Positions 38,337 through 46,742 of a stretch of 64,000 nt of DNA are shown one piece after another. Below the pieces are notes generated by a model. It made no database searches. It worked only from the letters and a program-made list of their open reading frames with translations, and was not told the DNA's origin. Location: contig JAADGI010000034.1 of NCBI GenBank assembly GCA_013152415.1, positions 13,364-77,363 of the forward strand, written 5' to 3'. The stretch comes from Gammaproteobacteria bacterium (GTDB taxonomy: Bacteria > Pseudomonadota > Gammaproteobacteria > HyVt-429). How positions within the stretch are numbered: the first letter of the stretch is position 1; the number at the start of each line of letters is the position of its first letter. The translations under genes and the position numbers were made by a program.

Positions 38337-40028
38337 TCAGCTGATACCCCAGGTTTCGGCAAGGAACTTCCAGTTGACGAAGTAGTAGAGGACAAAGGAA
38401 ACAAGAAATACAAGCGCCAACACAAAGGTGCCCGGGGCCACAATCTTGCCCATACCCACCCCTTCGTAGCTGGTAATCGGCTCAGCCACCAAGGGTGTTT
38501 CACCCTTCTCGGTCAGGCTCAAGCGCTTACCAAACAGTAGGGAGGCGACGATGATGCCGCAAAAGGCCGCACCACCGATAACGGCCAACACCACCGAGAT
38601 CCCCATAAGGCCCAGCAGGGTATAAGCGGTCTCTGGAAAGTTATGGGTAAACGCTGCACTCACAAAGGACAGGTCCCAGTGACGCCGTGGTACACCCAAG
38701 GTACCCGCCCCCATCATGAACACGGCCACACCTGACATCCCAAGAGCGAAGATGTACGGCTGCCATTTGGCCAGCCCCTTCATCACCAAATCCCGCCGAA
38801 ACAACACCGGCACTAACCAATACGTCAGGGCCATAAAGGCCAGGGTCGTACCGAGAACTACGGTGGCATGAAAATGGCCTGGTACGTAGATGGTGTTATG
38901 AATGATCAGGTTGATTTGCTCGGTACCCATGACCACCCCGGAGATACCCCCCAGAAAGCCAAAGAGGACAAGGGACATAAACACGCCCGAAAATGCCGGG
39001 TTGCCCCATGGAGCCTTGCGCAACCATTCGAACAGGCCCTTATTGAAACCACGCTTACGCTGGGATGCCTCAATGGCGCCCGGCACGGTCAAGCCATGAA
39101 TCATACTGGCCAACACCGCCAGATACATGGCGTAACTGGTGTTAAAAATCTTCCAGGTGGAACTGACACCTGGGTCCACCAAAATATGGTGGGCACTGGC
39201 CAGTTGTAAAAATATAATGTACAGCAAGAAGGCGGCCCGACTGACCTTCTCCGACAGTGGCTTAGCACCAAAAGCCACTGCCGCCACTGCATACCAAACG
39301 GCTACCATGGCAGCCATATTGATCTGCTGTGAAGAATGGCCGAAGGCCCACCAGATTACCCGATACATAAGCGGGTCAATCTCACTGATAAATCCTATCG
39401 AGAACAGAAAAGTTGGGATCAGGATAATCGCGCCGGATGCGATGGTAAATATGGCTATGATAGCCGCTGTCAAGGCACCAAAAGTCACCAGCGGTAGAGA
39501 ACCTTCATAGGTTTTCTCTGCTTTGGCGATGACCAAGGTCCCAAGAAATACGAAACACCCGAGCAACGCCCCAACGGCAAACACGATCAGACCCAGATAG
39601 AACATCGGGTCCGCCGACATGGGCACGTAAGAAGTAAACATGACACTGGAATTGCCCTGGAATACGGCAATATTATTGACGATTGCACCGATCAACATCA
39701 GGGCAAAAGCCAGCCATGCGATGCGCGGTGTCGCCAAGCGACAACCCAGCAGAGTAGATGAGCAGAAATACAACACTGCCATCTCAAAAAAGATGAGCCA
39801 ATAAATCAGGACATCAATACCGTGGGCAGTCAGTACCATATAAAAGTCACTGGCACCGAGCAAATGCACGGCTGGCCAACGCGTCAACCCAACGAGTAAG
39901 CCGAGAACACCACCGACCAACAGGAAGACAACCGCGACAACGGCGTTAATCTTCATTAACTTCTCCGCCGGTTTGTGGAACAACAGTCCGGTATCAGGAC
40001 AAGTACGGAATTCACTAGCAGTGGCCAT
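38337..40028 (-). CDS. B-family-like haem-copper oxidase subunit I lacking the cross-linked Tyr (candidate NO reductase of the sNOR/eNOR type)
   Basis: LTAHGIDV (helix II His), WWAFGHSSQQINM where ba3-type enzymes have GHPxVY, SAHHILVDPG (CuB HH) and VPGHFHATV (haem His pair). Confidence 0.85.
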   Translation of the reverse strand: MATASEFRTCPDTGLLFHKPAEKLMKINAVVAVVFLLVGGVLGLLVGLTRWPAVHLLGASDFYMVLTAHGIDVLIYWLIFFEMAVLYFCSSTLLGCRLATPRIAWLAFALMLIGAIVNNIAVFQGNSSVMFTSYVPMSADPMFYLGLIVFAVGALLGCFVFLGTLVIAKAEKTYEGSLPLVTFGALTAAIIAIFTIASGAIILIPTFLFSIGFISEIDPLMYRVIWWAFGHSSQQINMAAMVAVWYAVAAVAFGAKPLSEKVSRAAFLLYIIFLQLASAHHILVDPGVSSTWKIFNTSYAMYLAVLASMIHGLTVPGAIEASQRKRGFNKGLFEWLRKAPWGNPAFSGVFMSLVLFGFLGGISGVVMGTEQINLIIHNTIYVPGHFHATVVLGTTLAFMALTYWLVPVLFRRDLVMKGLAKWQPYIFALGMSGVAVFMMGAGTLGVPRRHWDLSFVSAAFTHNFPETAYTLLGLMGISVVLAVIGGAAFCGIIVASLLFGKRLSLTEKGETPLVAEPITSYEGVGMGKIVAPGTFVLALVFLVSFVLYYFVNWKFLAETWGIS

Positions 40029-40064
40029 TTCGCCTCCCTATTCTAATAATTTATTCGTTTGACG

Positions 40065-40607
40065 TTATTCTGTAACGTAGATTCTACCGACCATTCTATG
40101 ATGGCCAATACCACAATATTCATTACAGACCACCGAGTATTCGCCCGCCTTGTTGGGGGTAATAGTCACTACCATCTCGTAGCCCGGGAGTACCTGTAAA
40201 TTGATATTAGCGGGTTGCAGTGAAAAGCCATGCTGCCAATCCAAGGAAGACAGGTGAAGACGATAACTCTTACCATTTTCAAGTTCCAGGACAGGCCACC
40301 AATCCCACAACCGCGCAAGCATATAGATGTCACTACCTGCGGGGGGCCGCACTACCGGAAAATCACGAGCGCCGTCGGTGCGAACGGTATACTGGTCTAC
40401 CATAGCCTGGACCTTCTTCTGGTATGCCTCGGCTGTAGTCTTGTACGCCTCACTCGACAAATTCTGTTTCCCGTAAACATGCCAGTAGGGCATCATGACA
40501 AACATCAAGACGGCCCAAAGTAAGGCGAGGAGAATCCACAGCAACTCGACCTTCTCGATAGGTTCTTTCCACCACAACCGATCTGACGGTGGCATTAATG
40601 CGCTCAT
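40065..40607 (-). CDS. Haem-copper oxidase subunit II with a complete CuA site
   Basis: N-terminal TM helix and cupredoxin domain with WQHGFS ... CNEYCGIGHHRM (H, C, C, H, M ligands), closely ba3-like. Confidence 0.85.
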   Translation of the reverse strand: MSALMPPSDRLWWKEPIEKVELLWILLALLWAVLMFVMMPYWHVYGKQNLSSEAYKTTAEAYQKKVQAMVDQYTVRTDGARDFPVVRPPAGSDIYMLARLWDWWPVLELENGKSYRLHLSSLDWQHGFSLQPANINLQVLPGYEMVVTITPNKAGEYSVVCNEYCGIGHHRMVGRIYVTE

Positions 40608-40644
40608 AGCATTTCCTCCTAATCCACTTTATTAGCTATTACAA

Positions 40645-40785
40645 TTATTTGGCAATGGGAATGTGGATGATCTCCATGATTCCCCAAATGAGATAAAACA
40701 CCGTCGGAACAACCACACCTATAAATAACAACAAAAAGGGGTTGTCGAGCACACGTTGCATAGCAGGAACTCTCTCTTCAGCCAT
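40645..40785 (-). CDS. Small single-TM protein (46 aa), possible oxidase subunit IIa analogue
   Basis: GGAGAA RBS 7 nt before the ATG at 40785. MAEERVPAMQRVLDNPFLLLFIGVVVPTVFYLIWGIM. Sits directly upstream of subunit II. Confidence 0.45.
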   Translation of the reverse strand: MAEERVPAMQRVLDNPFLLLFIGVVVPTVFYLIWGIMEIIHIPIAK

Positions 40786-40969
40786 TATATTTCTCCGTTG
40801 ACACTTGCTGTTGATTATTCGGGTGCTGCCATTTCCACAAAACCCACCAGACCACCACTGCACCACTATTGTTAGTCAGCGACACACCCAGCACTGGGCA
40901 AAAAGGCCAACTTGCAGCAGGTCGCACAAACCTTGGCGCACAATAGACCATTTTTAAAACAATATTTAA

Positions 40970-40983
40970 TTGATCTATGTTAA
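40970..40983 (-). promoter_or_regulatory. FNR/DNR-like box upstream of the oxidase operon
   Basis: TTGAT-CTAT-GTTAA has the same right half and spacer as the nirS box. A TATTGT -10 on the minus strand lies 34 bp from the centre. Confidence 0.45.
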
Positions 40984-41167
40984 ATCTACCGCTAACCGCT
41001 GCAAGGAAAGCGACAACAATACGTGGATTTACACGGGTTTGTGGGCTCCACGGCATTTATGGTGCCTTTCGTATGTGCTATTTTAGCACCTGGATGCTGA
41101 CTCCGCACCAAACCCCCTACACTATTTGTGTGTTCTTATCTAAGTCTCTCACAGTTTCTAAAAAAAT

Positions 41168-42133
41168 ATGGGCAACAATAACAAACAATTAAGGTTTTTT
41201 AGGGTGCTGGTTTTTATCTCCCTGCTGTTGACCTTGGTAGCAGTGGTGTTAAGCGCACACATAAGACTGGGTGGTATCGGGCTGGGATGCGGGGACTGGC
41301 CTCACTGCTTTGGGCAGATACCCGTGGCAAGCGCTACTGACACCATACCGACCACCCTGGCTGGTGTTGCACACCGTGTGACGGCGAGTCTCTTGGGCCT
41401 GTTGGTGATGGTGATTAGCGTCCTTGCCATACGCTACCGCGGTCAGACCGGCACCGGGCTGAGCGTGCCATTGCTTGCCTTCATACTGATCGTATTCTTG
41501 TCGGTTCTCGGCTTCAATACCCCCGCATGGCAAGCCCCGGCGGTCACTTTGGGAAATTTAGTCGGTGGCATGGCTTTACTGGCCCTGCTGTGGTGGATGG
41601 GCCAACGTTCCCTGACCGGCGAGGCAGTGACGGCAAACACGGGGGGCACTTTCAGACCCTGGGTACTGGTGGGAGTGGCGGTAATAACACTGCAAATCGG
41701 CTTAGGGGCCTGGACCAGCGCCAATTTTGCCGGCCCTGCCTGCTCACTTCCGGCTTGTACGCAAGACTGGATGTCCCTCTCCCAACTATTACAGGGATTT
41801 GACCTGACCCGTCGGCTGGCAGTAGATGGCCAGGGGAGGATTATTGTCGACAGCACCCAGGCAACTCTGCACATGGCGCATCGAATAGGTGCCCCGCTAA
41901 CACTGCTATACATCGGTGGCTTGGCAGTAATAATTTTACGCAAACACAAACCATTGCGCTCCACCTGTGTTGCCATCCTGTTTTTATTATTGGCCCAATC
42001 CAGCTTTGGGGTAACCGCAATCATGACAGAACTGCCACTACTGTTGGTAACCGCGCACAACGCAGTCGCGGCCCTGTTGTTACTGGCAATAGTCAACCTG
42101 CTTCATCGGCTGACACCCAAATCGATTAACTGA
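41168..42133 (+). CDS. ctaA: Haem A synthase (CtaA/COX15 family)
   Basis: 8-TM protein with the GLGCGDWPHCFG motif and conserved His residues. Divergent from the oxidase operon. Confidence 0.85.
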   Translation: MGNNNKQLRFFRVLVFISLLLTLVAVVLSAHIRLGGIGLGCGDWPHCFGQIPVASATDTIPTTLAGVAHRVTASLLGLLVMVISVLAIRYRGQTGTGLSVPLLAFILIVFLSVLGFNTPAWQAPAVTLGNLVGGMALLALLWWMGQRSLTGEAVTANTGGTFRPWVLVGVAVITLQIGLGAWTSANFAGPACSLPACTQDWMSLSQLLQGFDLTRRLAVDGQGRIIVDSTQATLHMAHRIGAPLTLLYIGGLAVIILRKHKPLRSTCVAILFLLLAQSSFGVTAIMTELPLLLVTAHNAVAALLLLAIVNLLHRLTPKSIN

Positions 42134-42172
42134 ATACTTGTCTTAATCTCTGTTTTTTAAAGGGGCTAAAGT

Positions 42173-42721
42173 TTACAACCAGAAAACCGGGTAGTGGCGT
42201 CTGGGGTTGGCTGAGATATTATTTACAATCAGCGCCACCAACAACATGACAAGAATACCCGATGCAATGGGTGACAACACATACATATAACCCAACTCAT
42301 GCACATGTGAACTGCCAATCACCGCTATCAACGCCGTCGCGCCACCCGGGGGGTGGAGCGTCTTGCTAAGATGCATAATCACGATGGCCACTGAAACAGC
42401 AACTGCCCCGGCAAGGGCAGTATCAAATGAGATCACCTTGTACACCGTGACTCCGACGATAGCGGACACAAGGTGCCCTCCCACCAGATTTCTGGGTTGT
42501 GCATATTCCACCCTGGGGGCACCATAAATCAGTACTGCCGATGCGCCAAAAGAGCCCACCAGAAGTATCTGATCATAACCTGAAAACTGGAAGTATTTGC
42601 CCAGCAAGGAGGTGGCGTATATCCCAACGAATGCACCCAGCCATGACCAGGCTACTTCACTCAATGGTTTTCTTGCCGGGCTCTTTTCCACACCCCGCAT
42701 ACGTGAAATATATTTTTTCAT
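42173..42721 (-). CDS. HPP-family membrane protein
   Basis: 182 aa, four TM helices, signature LHPPGGATALIA. Confidence 0.8.
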   Translation of the reverse strand: MKKYISRMRGVEKSPARKPLSEVAWSWLGAFVGIYATSLLGKYFQFSGYDQILLVGSFGASAVLIYGAPRVEYAQPRNLVGGHLVSAIVGVTVYKVISFDTALAGAVAVSVAIVIMHLSKTLHPPGGATALIAVIGSSHVHELGYMYVLSPIASGILVMLLVALIVNNISANPRRHYPVFWL

Positions 42722-42810
42722 TGTTAATAAATTTATCTAAACCGGTATAGTGACATATCATTATGTCCCGTTGGAATGCGTAACCGTAACAAAAGGTTCC
42801 CTGCCCACAA

Positions 42811-42824
42811 TTGATCGACATCAA
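42811..42824. promoter_or_regulatory. Consensus FNR box between the HPP gene and PFOR
   Basis: TTGAT-CGAC-ATCAA, centred 96 bp upstream of the HPP start and 288 bp upstream of the PFOR start. No convincing -10 on either strand. Confidence 0.65.
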
Positions 42825-43104
42825 GGAGAGTTAGTGGCGTCTGCGTTTTACTCCATACGGGTGACAACCGCCTTCTTATTGGTAAAAATATGAAGGGCTG
42901 CTACGTTGCACCTTGAGCATGGCAAGCATGCGGCAATTCTACCAGGCTGGCGCACCTCTTCGGCAAAACGCTCTTGGTGTGCCTCTACGTTATATGCATA
43001 TGCGGCAAAATGCTGCGGGGTACTCCCTGATTCTATTGGCAGGCCATGGGGGTATATTGTACAGCAGCGGAACAATGGCTGAGCTTTAGGTATAGTGCGC
43101 ATCA

Positions 43105-45066
43105 ATGATCGAAGATAAAGAATTTCCATACCCAGGTACGGCCACCACCACCGACGGCTCAGGGGCTGTCGTCTGGGTAGAGACCCATATCTCCGGGGCG
43201 GCCTGCGCCTACCCCATCACACCCTCGACAGGAATGGGCAACGGGTACCAGTTGGCAGCCGCCAATGGCCAGTCCAATCTCTGGGGTCAACCGCTATTTT
43301 TTCTGGAACCGGAATCGGAGCACAGTTCGGCCTCAGCCTGCGAGGGTTACACCCTGGCCGGTGGCCGCGTCACCAATTTTAGTTCCGGTCAGGGCCTGGT
43401 GCTCATGACCGAGGTGCTCTACACCATTGCCGGCAAACGCCTACCGATAGTTTTTCATATCGGCGCACGCGCACTCACATCGCACTCACTCAATGTCCAT
43501 GCCGGTCACGATGACGTCATGTCTGTGGCCGACACCGGCTGGGGCATGTTATTTGCCCGCAATGCGCAAGAGGCCCATGACCTGGCCCTGATCACTCGAC
43601 GGGCAGCCGAGTCTTCGTTTACGCCATTCATGAACATACAAGATGGCTTTCTAACGACGCACACCATCGAAAAAATAAACCTGGCAGAACCCGAAATGAT
43701 GACCACGTATATTGGTGATCCACGCTCGCGGCTCGCCACGCTATTTGATCCGGAAAAGCCGCTGATGACCGGTGTGGTACAAAACCAGGATGCCTACATG
43801 AAGGGCAAGGTCGCCCAGCGCTTCTTTTATGATCGGGTGCCGGCTCAATTGCAAGAGGCCTTCGATCACTTCCATGAACTCACGGGCAGGAAATACGGCC
43901 ACGTTGATGCTTACCGGCTAGAGGACGCTGACTACGCTATTATCGGTATGGGCTCGGTGATGGATACCGCTATCACTGCCGTCGACTGGATGCGTAAAGA
44001 AAAGGGCTGGAAGGTGGGGGCGCTAAACATTACCGCCTTTCGCCCCTTTCCAGGCAAACACATTATCAATGCCCTCAAAAATTGCCAGGCAGTGTCCATT
44101 ATCGAACGCATGGACAATCCACTGGCCAAGGACAACCCCCTGACCACTGAGGTCAAGGCCAGCTTTGCCGATGCCGCCACAGGTGCCGAGGGCTACCACA
44201 AAATGGACACCCTACCCCGTATCCATTCTGGTGTTTATGGCCTCGGCAGCCGTGATACCCGGGTCGGTGATTTGATTGCGGTCACCGAAAATATGGTCGC
44301 CCAGGGGCGGCAGTTTTTCTCCCTGGCCATCGACCACCCCACCGCGCTACCCCGCGTCCACAACCCGGATGTACGCCCCGGTGGTGCCTTCTCCATGCGG
44401 GGGCACTCCATTGGTGGTTATGGCTCGGTGACCACCAACAAGATTATCGCCTCACTGGTAGAAGATATCTTTGGCCTCTACGTCCAGGCCTATCCCAAAT
44501 ACGGCTCGGAAAAAAAGGGGCTGCCAACGACTTACTACCTGACCGTAGCCGGACAGCCTATTCTCGAACACTCAGAGTTGAATCACGTGGAATTCGTTCC
44601 CCTGAATGATGTCAACGGTTTCATTTCCAGCAACCCCCTGGAGGGTCTGGTAGACGGGGGTTGTATCTTTATCCAGAGCCGCTTTAAGACCGATACCGAA
44701 GTCTGGGCACATGTCCCCAAAACAGCACGCAAGATCATCGTCGAACGCAATATCCGAGTGCTTTACCTGGATACCGTCAAGATCGCCAAGCAGGTAGCGC
44801 ACTCCGCCGACCTGCAGTTACGCATGCAGGGTGTTGTCCTGCTGGGTATCTTTTTACGCATAGCCCCCTTTGTCAATGACCGGGCCTTATCAGAAACAGA
44901 ACTATTCGAGGCGATAGAAAAAACCGTCAAAAAATATTTCGGTCGCCGCGGCGATCAAGTCGTAGAAGACAACATGACGGCTATCCGCTTCGGTTATCAC
45001 GACGTCAATGAAATTGATTTTTCCAGCTTGACGAGCAAAACAACTGCGCACACCCTGATAGATTGA
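43105..45066 (+). CDS. Pyruvate/2-oxoacid:ferredoxin oxidoreductase, large subunit (domains I-III)
   Basis: TDGSGAVVWVETHISGAACAYPITPST..., EPESEHSSASACEG, and a C-terminal gamma-like domain. Confidence 0.85.
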   Translation: MIEDKEFPYPGTATTTDGSGAVVWVETHISGAACAYPITPSTGMGNGYQLAAANGQSNLWGQPLFFLEPESEHSSASACEGYTLAGGRVTNFSSGQGLVLMTEVLYTIAGKRLPIVFHIGARALTSHSLNVHAGHDDVMSVADTGWGMLFARNAQEAHDLALITRRAAESSFTPFMNIQDGFLTTHTIEKINLAEPEMMTTYIGDPRSRLATLFDPEKPLMTGVVQNQDAYMKGKVAQRFFYDRVPAQLQEAFDHFHELTGRKYGHVDAYRLEDADYAIIGMGSVMDTAITAVDWMRKEKGWKVGALNITAFRPFPGKHIINALKNCQAVSIIERMDNPLAKDNPLTTEVKASFADAATGAEGYHKMDTLPRIHSGVYGLGSRDTRVGDLIAVTENMVAQGRQFFSLAIDHPTALPRVHNPDVRPGGAFSMRGHSIGGYGSVTTNKIIASLVEDIFGLYVQAYPKYGSEKKGLPTTYYLTVAGQPILEHSELNHVEFVPLNDVNGFISSNPLEGLVDGGCIFIQSRFKTDTEVWAHVPKTARKIIVERNIRVLYLDTVKIAKQVAHSADLQLRMQGVVLLGIFLRIAPFVNDRALSETELFEAIEKTVKKYFGRRGDQVVEDNMTAIRFGYHDVNEIDFSSLTSKTTAHTLID

Positions 45067-46658
45067 GTCTCAGCATGCATGACAAAAAATACACGACGGT
45101 AGACAGCTTTGTTGGTGACTTCATTGAGCGCAAACACTTTGAACGTGATGTCGTCACCGCCTACCAGGACGGTAGCGCCGAACAGACACTGCCTGCCGAT
45201 CTGGGTGTAGCCGTCAGTTGGGTACCGGCAGCAACCGGCCGCTTGCGTGATTTCTCCACCATCGCCTCTGATTTGCCCATACTGGATGCATCCAAATGCG
45301 TCGGTTGCATGGAGTGCGTTACCCAATGCCCAGACACCGCCATCATTGCCAAGGTGGTACCTGAAACTAAATACAAGGAATTGCTCAAGGAAATCAAAGA
45401 CCCGGGAGGATATGTCGCCAAACAGTTTGCCCACACCACCAAGTACTATAGTGTGCCACAAAAAAAGGGCCACGAAGGTGGTATGTTTATGCTGGTCACC
45501 GACCCGCGCAAGTGCAAAGGCTGTGGCGAGTGTGTTACCGCCTGCGGCAAACATGACGCCTTGCAAATGACACCCAAGACCGACGATAGCCTGCAGCAAT
45601 ACGCGGCAGCCGTCGAGGTGTTTCGCCGCCTGCCAGACACACCAGCACAATACATCCAGGACAAAATACTGGGCGACATGATGCTGAAGAACGCCACCCA
45701 CCTGTATGTCGGTGGGGGTGCCTCGTGCATGGGCTGTGGCGAGGCAACGGCCATTCGCATGATGCTGGCTGCCACCGCCTACATTCACGGTGAAAATTCA
45801 ATGGGCATTGTTGCCGCCACCGGATGTAACACCGTGTTCGGTTCGACCTACCCCTACAATCCCTACACCATTCCCTGGACTAACTCGTTATTCGAGAATG
45901 CGCCAGCAGTGTCCATGGGCATCCGCGCCCAATGGGATGCCCGAGGTTGGCAACAAAAGCGCTTATGGGTGTTGGGTGGTGACGGTGCCATGCTGGATAT
46001 CGGCTTTCAGTCCCTGTCACGCATGCTGATGAGTGGTATGGACATCAAGGTCATGGTGCTGGACACGCAGGTCTATTCCAATACCGGCGGTCAATCCTCA
46101 ACGTCCACCTATATGAGCCAGGATGCCAAAATGTCGGCCTACGGCAAACGGCTTCACGGCAAGAGCGAACGACGCAAGGAACTGGCCCAAATCGCTATCA
46201 TGCATCCGGGCGTGTATGTCGCCCAAACCACCCCGGCCCATATCAATCATTTCTACCGTGCCATCATCGCCGCTAACGAGTATCCAGGACCGGCAGTAGT
46301 GATCGTATACTGCCCTTGTCAGCCAGAACACGGCATCGGTGACGATGCCTCCGTACGCCAATCCAAACTGGCAGTGGATTCACGGGCCTTTCCCCTGCTA
46401 ATTCACGATCCGCGCCAGGGCGAAACCCTGGCCGAACGCACCAACTTGCAAGGCAATCCCGCACGCACCAAAGACTGGTACACCACACCAAAGGGAGAGC
46501 GCATCGATTTCATTCACTTTGCGCGTAGCGAGGGGCGTTTCGCCAAACACTTTGACAAGGAAGGCAAGCCCTCTCCGGAACTACAAAAGGCCCAGGAGGA
46601 CCGCCTACAGAACTGGCACTTGCTACAGGAACTGACAGGGATGCACAAAACACCATGA
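45063..46658 (+). CDS. Pyruvate/2-oxoacid:ferredoxin oxidoreductase, ferredoxin plus TPP-binding subunit
   Basis: CVGCMECVTQCP and CKGCGECVTAC clusters, then TPP motif GGDGAMLDIGFQSL. ATGA-type overlap with the upstream subunit. Confidence 0.85.
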   Translation: MSLSMHDKKYTTVDSFVGDFIERKHFERDVVTAYQDGSAEQTLPADLGVAVSWVPAATGRLRDFSTIASDLPILDASKCVGCMECVTQCPDTAIIAKVVPETKYKELLKEIKDPGGYVAKQFAHTTKYYSVPQKKGHEGGMFMLVTDPRKCKGCGECVTACGKHDALQMTPKTDDSLQQYAAAVEVFRRLPDTPAQYIQDKILGDMMLKNATHLYVGGGASCMGCGEATAIRMMLAATAYIHGENSMGIVAATGCNTVFGSTYPYNPYTIPWTNSLFENAPAVSMGIRAQWDARGWQQKRLWVLGGDGAMLDIGFQSLSRMLMSGMDIKVMVLDTQVYSNTGGQSSTSTYMSQDAKMSAYGKRLHGKSERRKELAQIAIMHPGVYVAQTTPAHINHFYRAIIAANEYPGPAVVIVYCPCQPEHGIGDDASVRQSKLAVDSRAFPLLIHDPRQGETLAERTNLQGNPARTKDWYTTPKGERIDFIHFARSEGRFAKHFDKEGKPSPELQKAQEDRLQNWHLLQELTGMHKTP

Positions 46659-46742
46659 GCCTGCCTAGTGAATCCGTTCACATGCCACCTTATATTAAAC
46701 ACATCCTACCGAGCGAGAATGAATCTCGCATAGGGTTACACC

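Noticed and set aside
42848-43129. 93-aa minus-strand ORF overlapping the PFOR start.
   Set aside because: No RBS or motif, it overlaps the strongly supported PFOR N-terminus, and it occupies what is more plausibly promoter/leader DNA.
44997-45788. 263-aa ORF antisense to the PFOR genes. Similar long antisense ORFs occur at 61497..62240 (amtB), 57921..58649 (yifB), 41443..42096 (ctaA), 13145..13828 (mltA/cupin), 48286..48921 (cytochrome c5) and 15587..16235 (membrane protein).
   Set aside because: Each lies opposite a gene with strong motif support. Each has skewed Gly/His/Arg/Pro-rich, low-complexity composition with no recognisable motif. These look like frame artefacts of GC-biased coding sequence.
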